This document shows, piece by piece, positions 48,654 to 60,585 of a DNA stretch of 64,000 bases. The notes beneath the pieces are model-generated. The model worked only from the letters and a program-made list of their open reading frames with translations, made no database searches and was not told the origin of the DNA. The DNA is from Macrostomum hystrix. Its lineage: Eukaryota; Animalia; Platyhelminthes. Every line of letters begins with the position of its first letter. Positions within the stretch are counted from its first letter, which is position 1. A program made the translations under genes and the position numbers. Location of the stretch: assembly GCA_950097015.1 (NCBI GenBank), contig CATNEN010000026.1, positions 1,674,001 through 1,738,000 on the forward strand, given 5' to 3'.

Positions 48654-49654
48654 GATAGTCCCGATTGCAAGAGTGCAACCCTCTTTACTGAAACGAAGCC
48701 AGGTGTTTAATATAAATTTATGAACAACAAACTTTAATAGGTATGAAGCAAGAGATTAGCTAGTCTCCACTGGCCAAGCTAGTACCTTTTTGGTGCTTTC
48801 GCATACTGCATGACACATCAATTCATATATGACAAGCTATTCAAGATTTTCATGCCTTTGCTGTCACTGATTATTTATTACTCTAAATCATTGTGTTTTA
48901 TTTAAGAAAATTCTCAAGATATTCCTGGATTTTGTAAACAAAAAAAACAATTTTCTTACTCTATTTCCACATTTATTATCATATATACTATACCTAGTGT
49001 AAAATTATACCTGAGTCCCCTATAACAAGCCTCCCATCTACTCAGAGCCAAATATATTTAACTACTTAGTTTCAATTATTGTGTCTAAACATTAAACTTA
49101 AAAGGAAAAGTACAAATACTCGCTAGGTTTGCTTGAATGTAATTATCATTTACCATATTATTTTAGTCAGAAAGCAATACCTAGTACCTGATTTACATTT
49201 ATATTAGAAAATTGTTGTTTTATAACACCAAAGTTTAGTTGCATTTTGCATGCTGCTGCAAGTCAATAGTCATTAATCCAATGCTGGGTAGAACTTCAAT
49301 CTTGGGTTATGATATTATGATTGCTATGTTTTCAAAAATTAATTATAATTTAATGTGCATATGTACTATGTTGCATGTAATACCTGAAGATGGTTGCCAT
49401 GCTCATATATAGACTTGGTCTAGCACCAATTCAGGGCCAACTTCCAAGCACCATTTTCAGTGCCAAGATTCAGCCTCTGCCTTATTCATCACATTATATT
49501 CCCATTTACATAAATAGGTGCCACTCAACTCTTATCCTAACTCATTAGCTGTTACCTACTCCATACCTTGCAAACTGCTTTTCACCTTCATTTCAAGGCC
49601 TGAAATCTAATTTTAAGGACATCCTTGCCAACTGTTGCATGTTTTGTCTAGAAC

Positions 49655-50108
49655 AACAAAACAACAACAATAGAATATGCTAGCCCCAAAAGTCAGGGAG
49701 GCAGCATCAGATGGCGTGCCGCAGAGCCAGCGCGCGAACATGGTCTATGCCGGTGGCAGTGTCGGGGGCCCTGGCGTTGCTCAGCAAGCAGCCGACGTAG
49801 CAGCGGGTCCGAGACTGTCCGCGCCTGAATGGGCCCTGCAGGGTGAGCAACAGGACGTCCTGGGCGGGCTGGCGGCAGTAGCTCTTGGCCTGAATAATGT
49901 GGCCCGCTAGTCAAAGTCGCCGCTGGCACAGGATGTTGGACAGGCATTGCAGCTGGGCTCTCTCGTACAGAGCCTTGGTCCCGACACTCTTGTCAGCTTG
50001 AAAGGCCGCACAGGGCAGCCCTGAGTGTGCCGAGTCCAGCTGCTGCTCCAGCGTAGCCATCAGTGTCCACGACTTGGCATTGTACAGCAGGACAGTCTCG
50101 ACCACCTC
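49655..50108 (-). mobile_element. Non-LTR retrotransposon (RTE-like) 3' fragment
   Basis: Minus-strand translation VETVLLYNAKSWTL...RRL*LAGHI resembles the post-RT C-terminal region of RTE-type LINEs; followed by a (TTG)n-like tail near 49655. Confidence 0.7.
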
Positions 50109-51741
50109 CTGTCACAGCCAAGCCCTCTGGCAGTCAGGCAGCACTGTGGACTGGAGGACAGCCCAGATTGAATGGTAGGCTGCTCCTGGTGGGATCAAAC
50201 TCAAGCTCAGCAAAGGCTCGAGGATTCAACTATGAAAGTATTTATCATGTTTACATTTGATTAAAAAGGAACACTAGTGAAAGTCATTGCCACAATTATA
50301 ATCAGACTGCCATTTTATTCAAGTTTACATTTTGTCTATGACTGGTACGGAAAACTGTACTTTTCAGATCCTTCTGTGGTGATTAGACAGAAGAGAAATG
50401 GCTCACATAAAAGAGCAAAGATTAGTGTATGCCTAGTGAAAAAAATTTTGTTTCTACGTTCAAAAGAAGTGATTTGAGAGAAGTTTTAAAATTGGCTTAA
50501 AAAACTACATGTAAATGAATGGGCCTTCGAATAATTTCCCACAATTTGCGAGTGTTACATCCTGATATAATGCTAGGCCCTAGTGGTCCTTGACTAATAA
50601 TTGCCTGGCACCTGCATAATCACAGAGACACTGACAGCTGGTTTACCTACCAGCAGCTGCCCAGCCATGTTGTCACTTGTCATCAATCAGTCTGAACTTC
50701 ATTTAGCTTGCAGACCCAACTGTCCATACTAGGGCCTAACACCATCAAGGGAGCATTGGCACATGCAAAGGGCAAGTTTTTTTCAGATGCATGGCACATC
50801 CAATCTGGGCTTTTTAAGTTTCATGTTGAAACTACAAGAGAACCTAGGCGTTTATCATTACTGTTTATTATTGAAGTTAGGCCCCTACTTAAAAGTTCGT
50901 TTAATTTATATAATAATTTAATCTGTAAAACTTCAGGATAGACAAATGTTTTATACCATGTCCGAAAGAAGAATAGAATGCCAATAAATATATTTGAAAC
51001 TTGATAAAAATCACAAAAACAACTATAGGTTGCTGTGGTTCAAGTTTGCCTACGAAATAGGATCCTACAACCTATAAAACCAAGTAGAACATTGCCAAAC
51101 ATGCATATGTAGTAAGCATGTAGTAATATCAAATATGTAGTAAGCAGATTTTACACACGATGCGCTGCACTTTTAGTTTAGAAATAAGTTACATAAAATA
51201 TATGTCTACAATATTTATATTTATATTTTGCGGCAGATAGGCCTAGGTCTGTATGAAAAACACCATCATTGGTGCTGGACTAGCATTGTAGGCTAGTATT
51301 AGACGATTTATTGGAAGCTTGATAACCCAGCGAATACCAGACGCGTGCAATCGCGGTCAAGTTAATTACGTACTTATGTACGTATTTTTGATACTTATGT
51401 GCCAACAAAGAGCTAAAACTTTAAGGTAATCATACTCTAAATTACTTCCAATTTTTTGTTCTAGTTTAAACGCCACAGTATGTTTTTGTTTTATTTTGCT
51501 CAAGTTAGTTTATCAGAAGTATAAATCAAAATTTTCTAAGATCTACGTGCATACTATAGGAACACAATGTAGCGTGGTCATTGACGAAGTCTACAATGCA
51601 GGATTTTTATAAATAATATTTTTTATTTAGAAAAGACCACGAGTTAATATTAGTATAGCTTAATAACTTTTTTTGCGTAAACCTAAAAGATGGTAAACCA
51701 GTTTCTTTGTACCATTCACGACTTCGAGTAGATATGAAAAG

Positions 51742-52520
51742 GGCAGTGCTTATTCCCACGGTCCGTGCCGATAGCGATAATTTCAATTTTATCCACTCGG
51801 ATCCGTGCCGATAATTTTCTGCTTATCCACATGGCAGCTTGTATGAATAGGTCTAAAACTCTGTATATATGCCGTGCCTTTAATTTTAATTTTGTCCACA
51901 CGGTTCTGTTCTTTGAAACGATGCCCTTTCGGGTTTGAACGTTTTGTTGAACACTCGAGCCAATAGATCTAAAAAGTTGCCAGTGTGTTACGACAGTGTT
52001 CTACATTTCGACCTATACATTCATTAACCAACATTAATGTCATCCTTTTTAATTATTGTAATAACAACTTACTAAATCTTTTGTCATCATTATGTGTTTT
52101 CATTCGATTTGTTTTGACTTAAAAAGTAAGAAGTCTATCAAAGAAAATCATACGAGTCAACCAGCAGAATTCTAGTCAACACCGAACTCGTCACAAATAT
52201 TGTACATCATTGTTATTCTTTTACACTATGTATTGATAGTGTACACTATACACTATACTCTGAAGCAAAAGCCTTATGCTCAGAGAAGACTAGGTAGGGA
52301 CTTCAAAGGAGACCTATTCATACAAGCTGCCATGTGGATAAGCAGAAAATTATTGGCACAGATCAGTTTGGATAAAATTTAAATGAACAGCATGGCATAT
52401 ATAAAGAGTTGTGGACCTATTCATACAAGCTGCCATGTGGATAAGCAGAAAATTATTGGCATGGATCCACGTGGATAAAATTGAAATTACTGGCACAGGA
52501 CTGTGGGAATAAGCACTGCC
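51742..52520. mobile_element. Non-autonomous Mutator-like element (MITE) with ~160-bp TIRs and a 9-bp TSD
   Basis: TSD tatgaaaag at 51733-51741 and 52521-52529. Termini ggcagtgcttattcccac and gtgggaataagcactgcc. Inverted similarity extends to ~51900 and ~52365. An extra TIR segment is duplicated at 52311-52380. Confidence 0.9.
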
Positions 52521-52983
52521 TATGAAAAGCAGAGTATAAAATATTTTAAGTGAGAAAATCAAATATAAATTTCCATTTCTAGCTAATTGTCTTAGTTAGC
52601 TAATTGTCTTATTAAATAACTCAAACTGTTTTAATTGAATAGGGAATTAACACATTAGTGAGAGGCTATGGTAAATTAATAAAATATTTTCAGCAATCCA
52701 TATCTATTTATAAAGATAGTTGATCACATAAGTGCTCACTTTCTGTGTAATCAATGAGCCAAAAATAATAAATGCACAATGCCAGAATAGCAAATGATCG
52801 TGATTCTAAACAGCAGAAAATGAAATATATATTCCTGAGAGTAAATAAAAATCTTAAATATTTTTGACAAAGGAGAACCTGGGATAAAAGTGAATTAGTA
52901 AACTAAGTAATACAGTTTCAATAAAATTAAAATAATTTACTTTCAGCCTTTACCTAGCAAACTGCCTACTAAGCTAAGTAGTC

Positions 52984-55900
52984 ATGCACGGACGTCCGCG
53001 AGTTCGCACAACGGAGGAGCAGCGAGCCGCGAAGGCTAAGGAGCGGGCTGCGAAAGTGGTTGAATATCGAGCGGCCTTGGATGAGGCGATGCGTCTGAGA
53101 AGCTGCTGCACCGATTCCAGCGAGAATAGTGCGGACTCGGTTGAGTCCCACAAGAATAGAGAGCGGCTGATGCGCGTGACACAGGTTCTGCTGCAGGTAT
53201 AGTTCAATTCTGTGTTGTCTGTGATTTCATCTGATGCCTTTATAAAACGGACCAATAGATCTTCTAAGATGCCTAATCATAGGATCCAAAGGCTGCATTT
53301 ACAGTTGTTCAGTCTTCAGCCGGGCGTGAGTGGCAGGCTGGTTAATGCGTTTGCCTCTCACACCAAGGTCCCTGAGCTCGATTTCGCGGCGAGGCCGTTT
53401 TCTTTGGGGGCTTGTCGTGTCATTTATGCCCTTGAGGGCCAACCTCCAAGGCACAGTGAAAGTGTACACTGCCTGACGATGAGAAAGTCAGGGCAGATGT
53501 ACACACCCTGTGTGAGCGTATGCTTGTGTACGGTATCTGTGTGTGGGTGCTCAGGAGTCAGCGAAATGGGCAGAATTGCCTCGTTGCTTGCTGTGGGTCT
53601 AGTATCACCAAATGATAAGACATTTCCTGCAGCCCATCTGCAATTATTATTATTATTAACAGTTGGACTACCAACCCATTTTGCCGCACGTTCTAATACC
53701 AAGGGGGATTCCCCCCCTGAAAATTCATTTGGCAGCGCCTAAATGATAAAAAGCATTGGGTGGTGACTGATTGGTTGACAGACTAGGTGATGGTGTCCTG
53801 TGGTTGAGCTGCGCCTAATATTTAATCTTGATCAGTGAAATTAGAGAAATTCTCTTCAGGGTGTCCATAGTGGCCTATTTCCACTTCTTGTAGTCCTTGA
53901 AGGTCCATCAGTCCGTCTAGACTAGATAAAGTTAGGTGACCACCGAAGACGGAGACGATGAAGGCAGTCGGGTGACATGCTGATAAATTTTGAAGGCCTG
54001 GCAAGGCCGCACTGAGGCGCAGTGCAAATTCATGTATAGGGGGTATTAAAATACACTAGCGCTTATAGGAAAAATCTGACCCTTGGCTAGAACCATTGAA
54101 TATCTCGACGGTCTGAAGAGCTTGCAAATTGATTCTTGTTTCAGAAGATGCGCAACAAAAATTTGGCCCGTGTTCTTTAGTTGCGTGTGCTTGCGTTGCT
54201 CCGTTCGAGTGCAGCGAAAAATCCCTCCTGGTTGTTCTACTGTTATATTGTCATATGAATTGAGGTATTAAAAGCACAGTATTACTCATCTAAATGAAAT
54301 AGTCTACAATGTCCTTATTATTTTCGTAGGCCAACCCGGACATTGGCACCCTGTGGTCGGTCAGGCGCGAGACAATTCAACAATGCCAGTCGCATCCGCC
54401 AGCTGAGTATAGCGAGGCTGCTCAACTAGGTGCGGAACTGCAGCTGACCGCCGCCTGCCTGATGCAGAACCCCAAGTCCTACGGCGCCTGGCATCACCGG
54501 GCCTGGACTCTTGACCGGCTGGGCCCCCAGCGGGCCGACTTAGCTGGCGAGCTGCGTCTCACTGGACAGTTTCTGCAGCGCGACGAGCGCAACTTTCACT
54601 GCTGGGATCATCGGCGACACGTTTGCCGACTGGGCGGCGTGCCGGCTGCTGATGAGCTGGCCTACTCAGACAAGCTGCTCACGGCTAATATGGGCAACTT
54701 CAGCGCCTGGCATTATCGATCCAGACTGCTGCCACTGGCTGATGGCGGTCTGAATGCCGACGTCAGAAAGTGAGGTTTTGCCTCCAATATGTTTAGGCCA
54801 AGGACCACTAGAAGAAGTGTAGGACACTTTGTTTCCCTTCTTAATGCACTATCGGGATAGAAACTTTTCACTTTCTTCCACGTTCAAATATTGATAACTG
54901 TTTATTGGAAGCAGGTCGAATGTTCTTCTTTTAATATATCTTGAACAATATGCTGTTTCGAGGAATTTTAGAAGGCTTCATTCATGAATAATTAACTGAA
55001 GGTCAGGGGTTCGATTCCTGACAGCATCAGCTGGGGTAATTGAGGTGGGTGGTAGCTATAAGCAGCCTTCAGGTGCGCCGCGCAGGTGTGCTGTCGGCTG
55101 CACATCTGGCCGAATTGGGGCATCAACATTGGCTGCACTGAAGTAACTTTGACTGGTAGCCCTGCTCAAAGATAAAAATTGCTTCCCTTAGTCTGGGATT
55201 CGAACTTGCGATATCTCAGTCAGAAATCCAAAGCTATAAAATAATTTCCAAAAATATTTTCCTAGGCGCGAGCTGGAGACGGCCCTGTCGGCCATGTTCA
55301 GCGACCCGGCAGACACGGCGCCATGGGGCTATTATCGTTGGCTAATGGCGCCGCCAACCGAGCCGCTGCGGCCTCTTTGGCTTCGCTGCCATTGTCGCCA
55401 GTCTAGTAGCCGTCAGAGCGGCGATGCCGTAAAAAATGACTATTCCGTGTTAATAGCATTTAGTCGCCCGGTGACAAAGACTTGGCTAGTTGAGCGTCTG
55501 ACTATTGTTACCGGCGGAGTGGGCGAAGGCGACGGCGACGGTTGCACACGGACGCCGATTCCGTTGGCGCCCGTGACCGGCTCTATCTCCGATGCCGCGG
55601 CCTATGTTTGGCGCCTGCCGCTGTTAGCAGAACCGGCCACTGTTCGCATTGTTGTACAGGCCGACAAAGACTTCGACAAGTTGGACATCGGCTTGACCAT
55701 GCCCAATGGTCTAGCACTGCTGGCATCGGTGCAGTCTTTGCCAGTCGACCTTACTGAAGCGGAGCGCTCGCTTCGGTCCGAACAACTCGGATTGGTTCGC
55801 CAGCTAAACGAGCTTGCTGGCGACTCTCGGGAGGGTCTATTGACTGAGGCGGCGCTGCTGGCTTCGTTGTCATTGACTACGGAATGCGAGGCTCTATTTG

Positions 55901-56561
55901 AACGCCTGGCAACGCTGGATCCGATGCGAGCCGGGGCCTACGGCCACGCCAGGAGCCGCCTGGCGGTAAGCGCCAGACTAGCTGCTAACTCAGCGATAAA
56001 CAAGGTCCGGCATTTATTAAAACTGTTTGTTTCACAATTCATTGACTCGAACTAGGGACCTTCAGTGCAGCCTTAGATAAGCAGTTTGTCAAGTGAGGGT
56101 GGTCTTTTCCTCTCGCACCAAAATCTCTGAGCTCGATATCTGTGTGTGCTCAGGAGTCTCCGTAATGGCCAAAGTTGTCTTTTCACTGGCTGCAGGTCTT
56201 CTGCTATTTTCTTCCCCTGCAGGTGGATGCCTCAAAAGATGCCACTTGCATGAAGCTCAGCTTGGCCGGTCTGGGCCTAACGGCGCTGCCTCTGGTACAT
56301 GCATTCGGCTACGTCGAAGAGCTGAACCTGTCCGACAACAAGCTGACCAGCCTTCCAGGCCAGATGGCAGCTCTGGCATGCCTCAACAAACTGGACGCTA
56401 GAAACAACTGTCTTACTGGCTTGACCGGCCTTCTATGCTTAACTGAGTGCCCGCGCTTGCAACATATTCAACTGGCTGACAATCCGGTTGCTAAGGACGC
56501 CAAGGCGCTGGCTGATTTTGCCCAACTCCTGCCTACCGGCTGCCGGGTTGAAGCTGACTGA
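52984..56561 (+). CDS. RABGGTA: Rab geranylgeranyltransferase type II alpha subunit (PPTA repeats + insert + C-terminal LRR)
   Basis: Exons 52984-53196, 54330-54769, 55266-56004, 56223-56561. Motifs: MHGR, NPDIGTLW, NPKSYGAWHHR, DERNFHCWDHRR, NFSAWHYRSRLL, FSDPADTAPWGYYRWL and the LRR segment VEELNLSDNKLTSLP. Confidence 0.93.
53322..53660 (+). mobile_element. SINE family A, full length, in RABGGTA intron 1
   Basis: A/B-box-like head, family body and attattattattatt tail. Confidence 0.88.
54995..55135 (+). mobile_element. SINE family B, internally deleted
   Basis: ggggttcgattcctga...cagctggggtaattgag...gccttcaggtgcgccgcgc...ctgtcggctgcacatctggcc. Confidence 0.75.
56090..56215 (+). mobile_element. 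SINE family A, degenerate copy
   Basis: cctctcgcacca...gagctcgat...tgtgtgtgctcaggagtc...ctggctgcaggtct. Confidence 0.6.
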
Positions 56562-56577
56562 TTTTTCAAGTCCTCCA

Positions 56578-59380
56578 ATGACCTACCTGAGAACTGGGTT
56601 TATGATGGGCTCGGCTATCCTCTAATTATCTACTTGAGAATTGGGTTTATGATGGGCTCCGCTATCCTCTAATTATCTACCTGAGAATTGGGTTCATGGT
56701 TGGCTCCGCTATCCTCTAATTATCTACCAGAGAACTGGGTTCATGGCTGGCTCCGCTAACCTCTAATTATCTACCTGAGAATTGGGTTCATGGTTGGCTC
56801 CGATATCCTCTAATTATCTACCTGAGAATTGGGTTCATGGTTGGCTCCGCTATCCTCTAATTATCTACCTGAGAACTGGGTTCATGGTTGGCTCCGCTAT
56901 CCTCTAATTATCTACCTGAGAATTGGCTTCATGGTTGGCTCCGCTATTCTCTAATTATCTACCTGAGAACTGGGTTCATGGTTGGCTCCGCTATCCTCTA
57001 ATTATCTACCTGAGAATTGGCTTCATGGCTGGCTCCGCTAACCTCTAATTATCTACTTGAGAATTGGGTTCATGGTTGGTGTGATGTAGGCTCTGCTATC
57101 CTCTAATTATCTACTTGAGAATTGGGTTCATGGTTGGCTCCGCTAACCTCTAATTATCTACCTGAGAATTGGGTTCATGGTTGGCTCCGCTAACCTCTAA
57201 TTATCTACTTGAGAATTGGGTTCATGGTTGGCTCCGCTAACCTCTAATTATCTACCTGAGAATTGGGTTCATGGTTGGCTCCGCTATCCTCTAATTATCT
57301 ACTTGAGAATTGGGTTCATGGTTGGCTCCGCTATCCTCTAATTATCTACCTGAGAATTGGGTTCATGGTTGGCTCCGCTATCCTCTAATTATCTACCAGA
57401 GAACTGGGTTCATGGCTGGCTCCGCTAACCTCTAATTATCTACCTGAGAATTGGGTTCATGGTTGGCTCCGATATCCTCTAATTATCTACCTGAGAATTG
57501 GGTTCATGGTTGGCTCCGCTAACCTCTAATTATCTACCTGAGAATTGGGTTCATGGTTGGCTCCGCTAACCTCTAATTATCTACTTGAGAATTGGGTTCA
57601 TGGTTGGCTCCGCTAACCTCTAATTATCTACCTGAGAATTGGGTTCATGGTTGGCTCCGCTATCCTCTAATTATCTACTTGAGAATTGGGTTCATGGTTG
57701 GCTCCGCTATCCTCTAATTATCTACCTGAGAATTGGGTTCATGGTTGGCTCCGCTATCCTCTAATTATCTACCAGAGAACTGGGTTCATGGCTGGCTCCG
57801 CTAACCTCTAATTATCTACCTGAGAATTGGGTTCATGGTTGGCTCCGATATCCTCTAATTATCTACCTGAGAATTGGGTTCATGGTTGGCTCCGCTATCC
57901 TCTAATTATCTACCTGAGAATTGGGTTCATGGTTGGCTCCGATATCCTCTAATTATCTACTTGAGAATTGGGTTCATGGTTGGCTCCGCTAACCTCTAAT
58001 TATCTACCTGAGAATTGGGTTCATGGTTGGCTCCGCTAACCTCTAATTATCTACTTGAGAATTGGGTTCATGGTTGGCTCCGCTAACCTCTAATTATCTA
58101 CCTGAGAATTGGGTTCATGGTTGGCTCCGCTAACCTCTAATTATCTACCTGAGAATTGGGTTCATGGTTGGCTCCGCTATCCTCTAATTATCTACTTGAG
58201 AATTGGGTTCATGGTTGGCTCCGCTATCCTCTAATTATCTACCTGAGAATTGGGTTCATGGTTGGCTCCGCTATCCTCTAATTATCTAGCAGAGAACTGG
58301 GTTCATGGCTGGCTCCGCTAACCTCTAATTATCTACCTGAGAATTGGGTTCATGGTTGGCTCCGATATCCTCTAATTATCTACCTGAGAATTGGGTTCAT
58401 GGTTGGCTCCGCTATCCTCTAATTATCTACCTGAGAATTGGGTTCATGGTTGGCTCCGATATCCTCTAATTATCTACTTGAGAATTGGGTTCATGGTTGG
58501 CTCCGCTAACCTCTAATTATCTACCTGAGAATTGGGTTCATGGTTGGCTCCGCTAACCTCTAATTATCTACTTGAGAATTGGGTTCATGGCTGGCTCCGC
58601 TAACCTCTAATTATCTACCTGAGAATTGGGTTAATGATTGGCTCCGCTAACCTCTAATTATCTACCTGAGAATTGGGTCATGGTTGGCTCCGCTATCCTC
58701 TAATTATCTACTTGAGAATTGGGTTCATGGCTGGCTCCGCTATCCTCTAATTATCTACCTGAGAATTGGGTTCATGATTAGCTCCGCTAACCTCTAATTA
58801 TCTACTTGAGAATTGGGTTCATGGTTGGCTCCACTATCCTCTAATTATCTACTTGAGAATTGGGTTCATGGTTGGCTCCGCTATCCTCTAATTATCTACT
58901 TGAGAATTGGGTTCATGATTAGCTCCGCTAACCTCTAATTATCTACTTGAGAACTGGGTTCATGGCTGGCTCCGCTAACCTCTAATTATCTACCTGAGAA
59001 TTGGGTTAATGATTGGCTCCGCTAACCTCTAATTATCTACTTGAGAATTGGGTTCATGGCTGGCTCCGCTAACCTCTAATTATCTACCTGAGAATTGGGT
59101 TCATGGTTGTCTCCGCTATCCTCTAATTATCTACCAGAGAACTGGGTTCATGGTTGGCTCCGCTATCCTCTAATTATCTACCTGAGAACTGGGTTCATGG
59201 TTGGCTCCGCTAACCTCTAATTATCTACTTGAGAATTGGGTTCATGGCTGTCTCCGCTATCCTCTAATTATCTACTTGAGAACTGGGTTCATGGTTGGCT
59301 CCGCTATCCTCTAATTATCTACCTGAGAACTGGGTTCATGGTTGGCTCCGCTATCCTCTAATTATCTACCTGAGAACTAT
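56578..59380. repeat. 47-bp minisatellite, ~59 copies, immediately 3' of the RABGGTA stop codon
   Basis: ctctaattatctacctgagaattgggttcatggttggctccgctatc; period 47 (56761, 56808). Confidence 0.96.
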
Positions 59381-60585
59381 CTACCGTTTCCACCCTCATC
59401 TTTAACGACTTATATATCTAGGCTAATGATTTCTTAATTTCTGATTTCTGAATTTGCTTAATGCAACTGATTACATGTTTATTTATTCTATTCGGTCTAT
59501 AATAGCCAAATTGTTTATTGTATTTTGCCATTGTCATACTCAGACTTCGCATAATAGAATATATTTGCCGTCTTAGTCTGTTTTTCCAAAAAAAAACGCA
59601 AAAATAAAAATTTATTTTTAATTGCGTTTCCAAAGCAAGCTGAAGCGAAACATTTCTTAACAGTCTCAAAAGAAGACAAAGGAAACATGCTTTATTCTAG
59701 GTTTATTTTAATACAAATCTATTTGAAACAACAAAATAATGAAAACACAACAATTGTTTGAGTAGACAATTCAGTTTTTGATATGACATCTCTATGTGAA
59801 CATCGCAACGCGAAATACTAAATCACATACAAAAAACTGGTTTTGTATATAAATTGACTGTCAATACAAGTGGGATACTGCAATGACTCCTAAAGACAGA
59901 AAAATACAACTGTACGTTCATTTGCTGGTCAAGTGAGAAGCTGAAACTCGATCAAGATAGTCAAATGTGTGCTTTTTGTTGCATTAATAATATTTTGAAA
60001 GCCAAACTGCACGAAGGAAACAAACAGAAGAAAAAGAAAACAAATAAATTTTACTACTCATTTTAGTAGTAGTATTATACGCGCATAAAAAACAGTATGC
60101 ATACGGACTAGAAGCACAGCACGCGACAAAAATGGCGATGGAATTGTCTATATGTCAAGATGTCAGCGCACAGCCTACTATATAAAGTTTTCCACACCTG
60201 TTCTTTGATACTACTGATACAAATCTGAGTAGTAGTTTAACAGAGAACATGCCTATTTTATACCTATTTTAAAATAACAGCAAGTATTTATTCTTCCAAG
60301 TGACAAACAATACAGTACAGTATCAGAAAATACATTTGGGGATTGTACATATTGACTAGCAATAAAATAGGAATTTGATGAAAATGCCGAATGCGAATGG
60401 CTTATATACGCCAAATTGGTTGCTTTGTGCGTCCGTGGAATTGAAATTTAAACTAGTCTTTTTGTAATACGCGACTTTGTAATTATTATTGCCACTTTTT
60501 TATTATAATTGAACAGAAGCAGAGAACATATTACAGCTTCGATACTAGTACTACTCGCGCAAGTAGTATCTCCTGGTTTTTTTAA

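Noticed and set aside
53212-53742. 176-aa ORF in RABGGTA intron 1 (similar ORFs at 4911, 16259, 16452, 31162)
   Set aside because: These are translations of SINE family A copies.
26915-59380. CRISPR-like appearance of the 35-47 bp arrays
   Set aside because: Units are head-to-tail with no unique spacers, there are no cas genes, and the context is eukaryotic intron or UTR.
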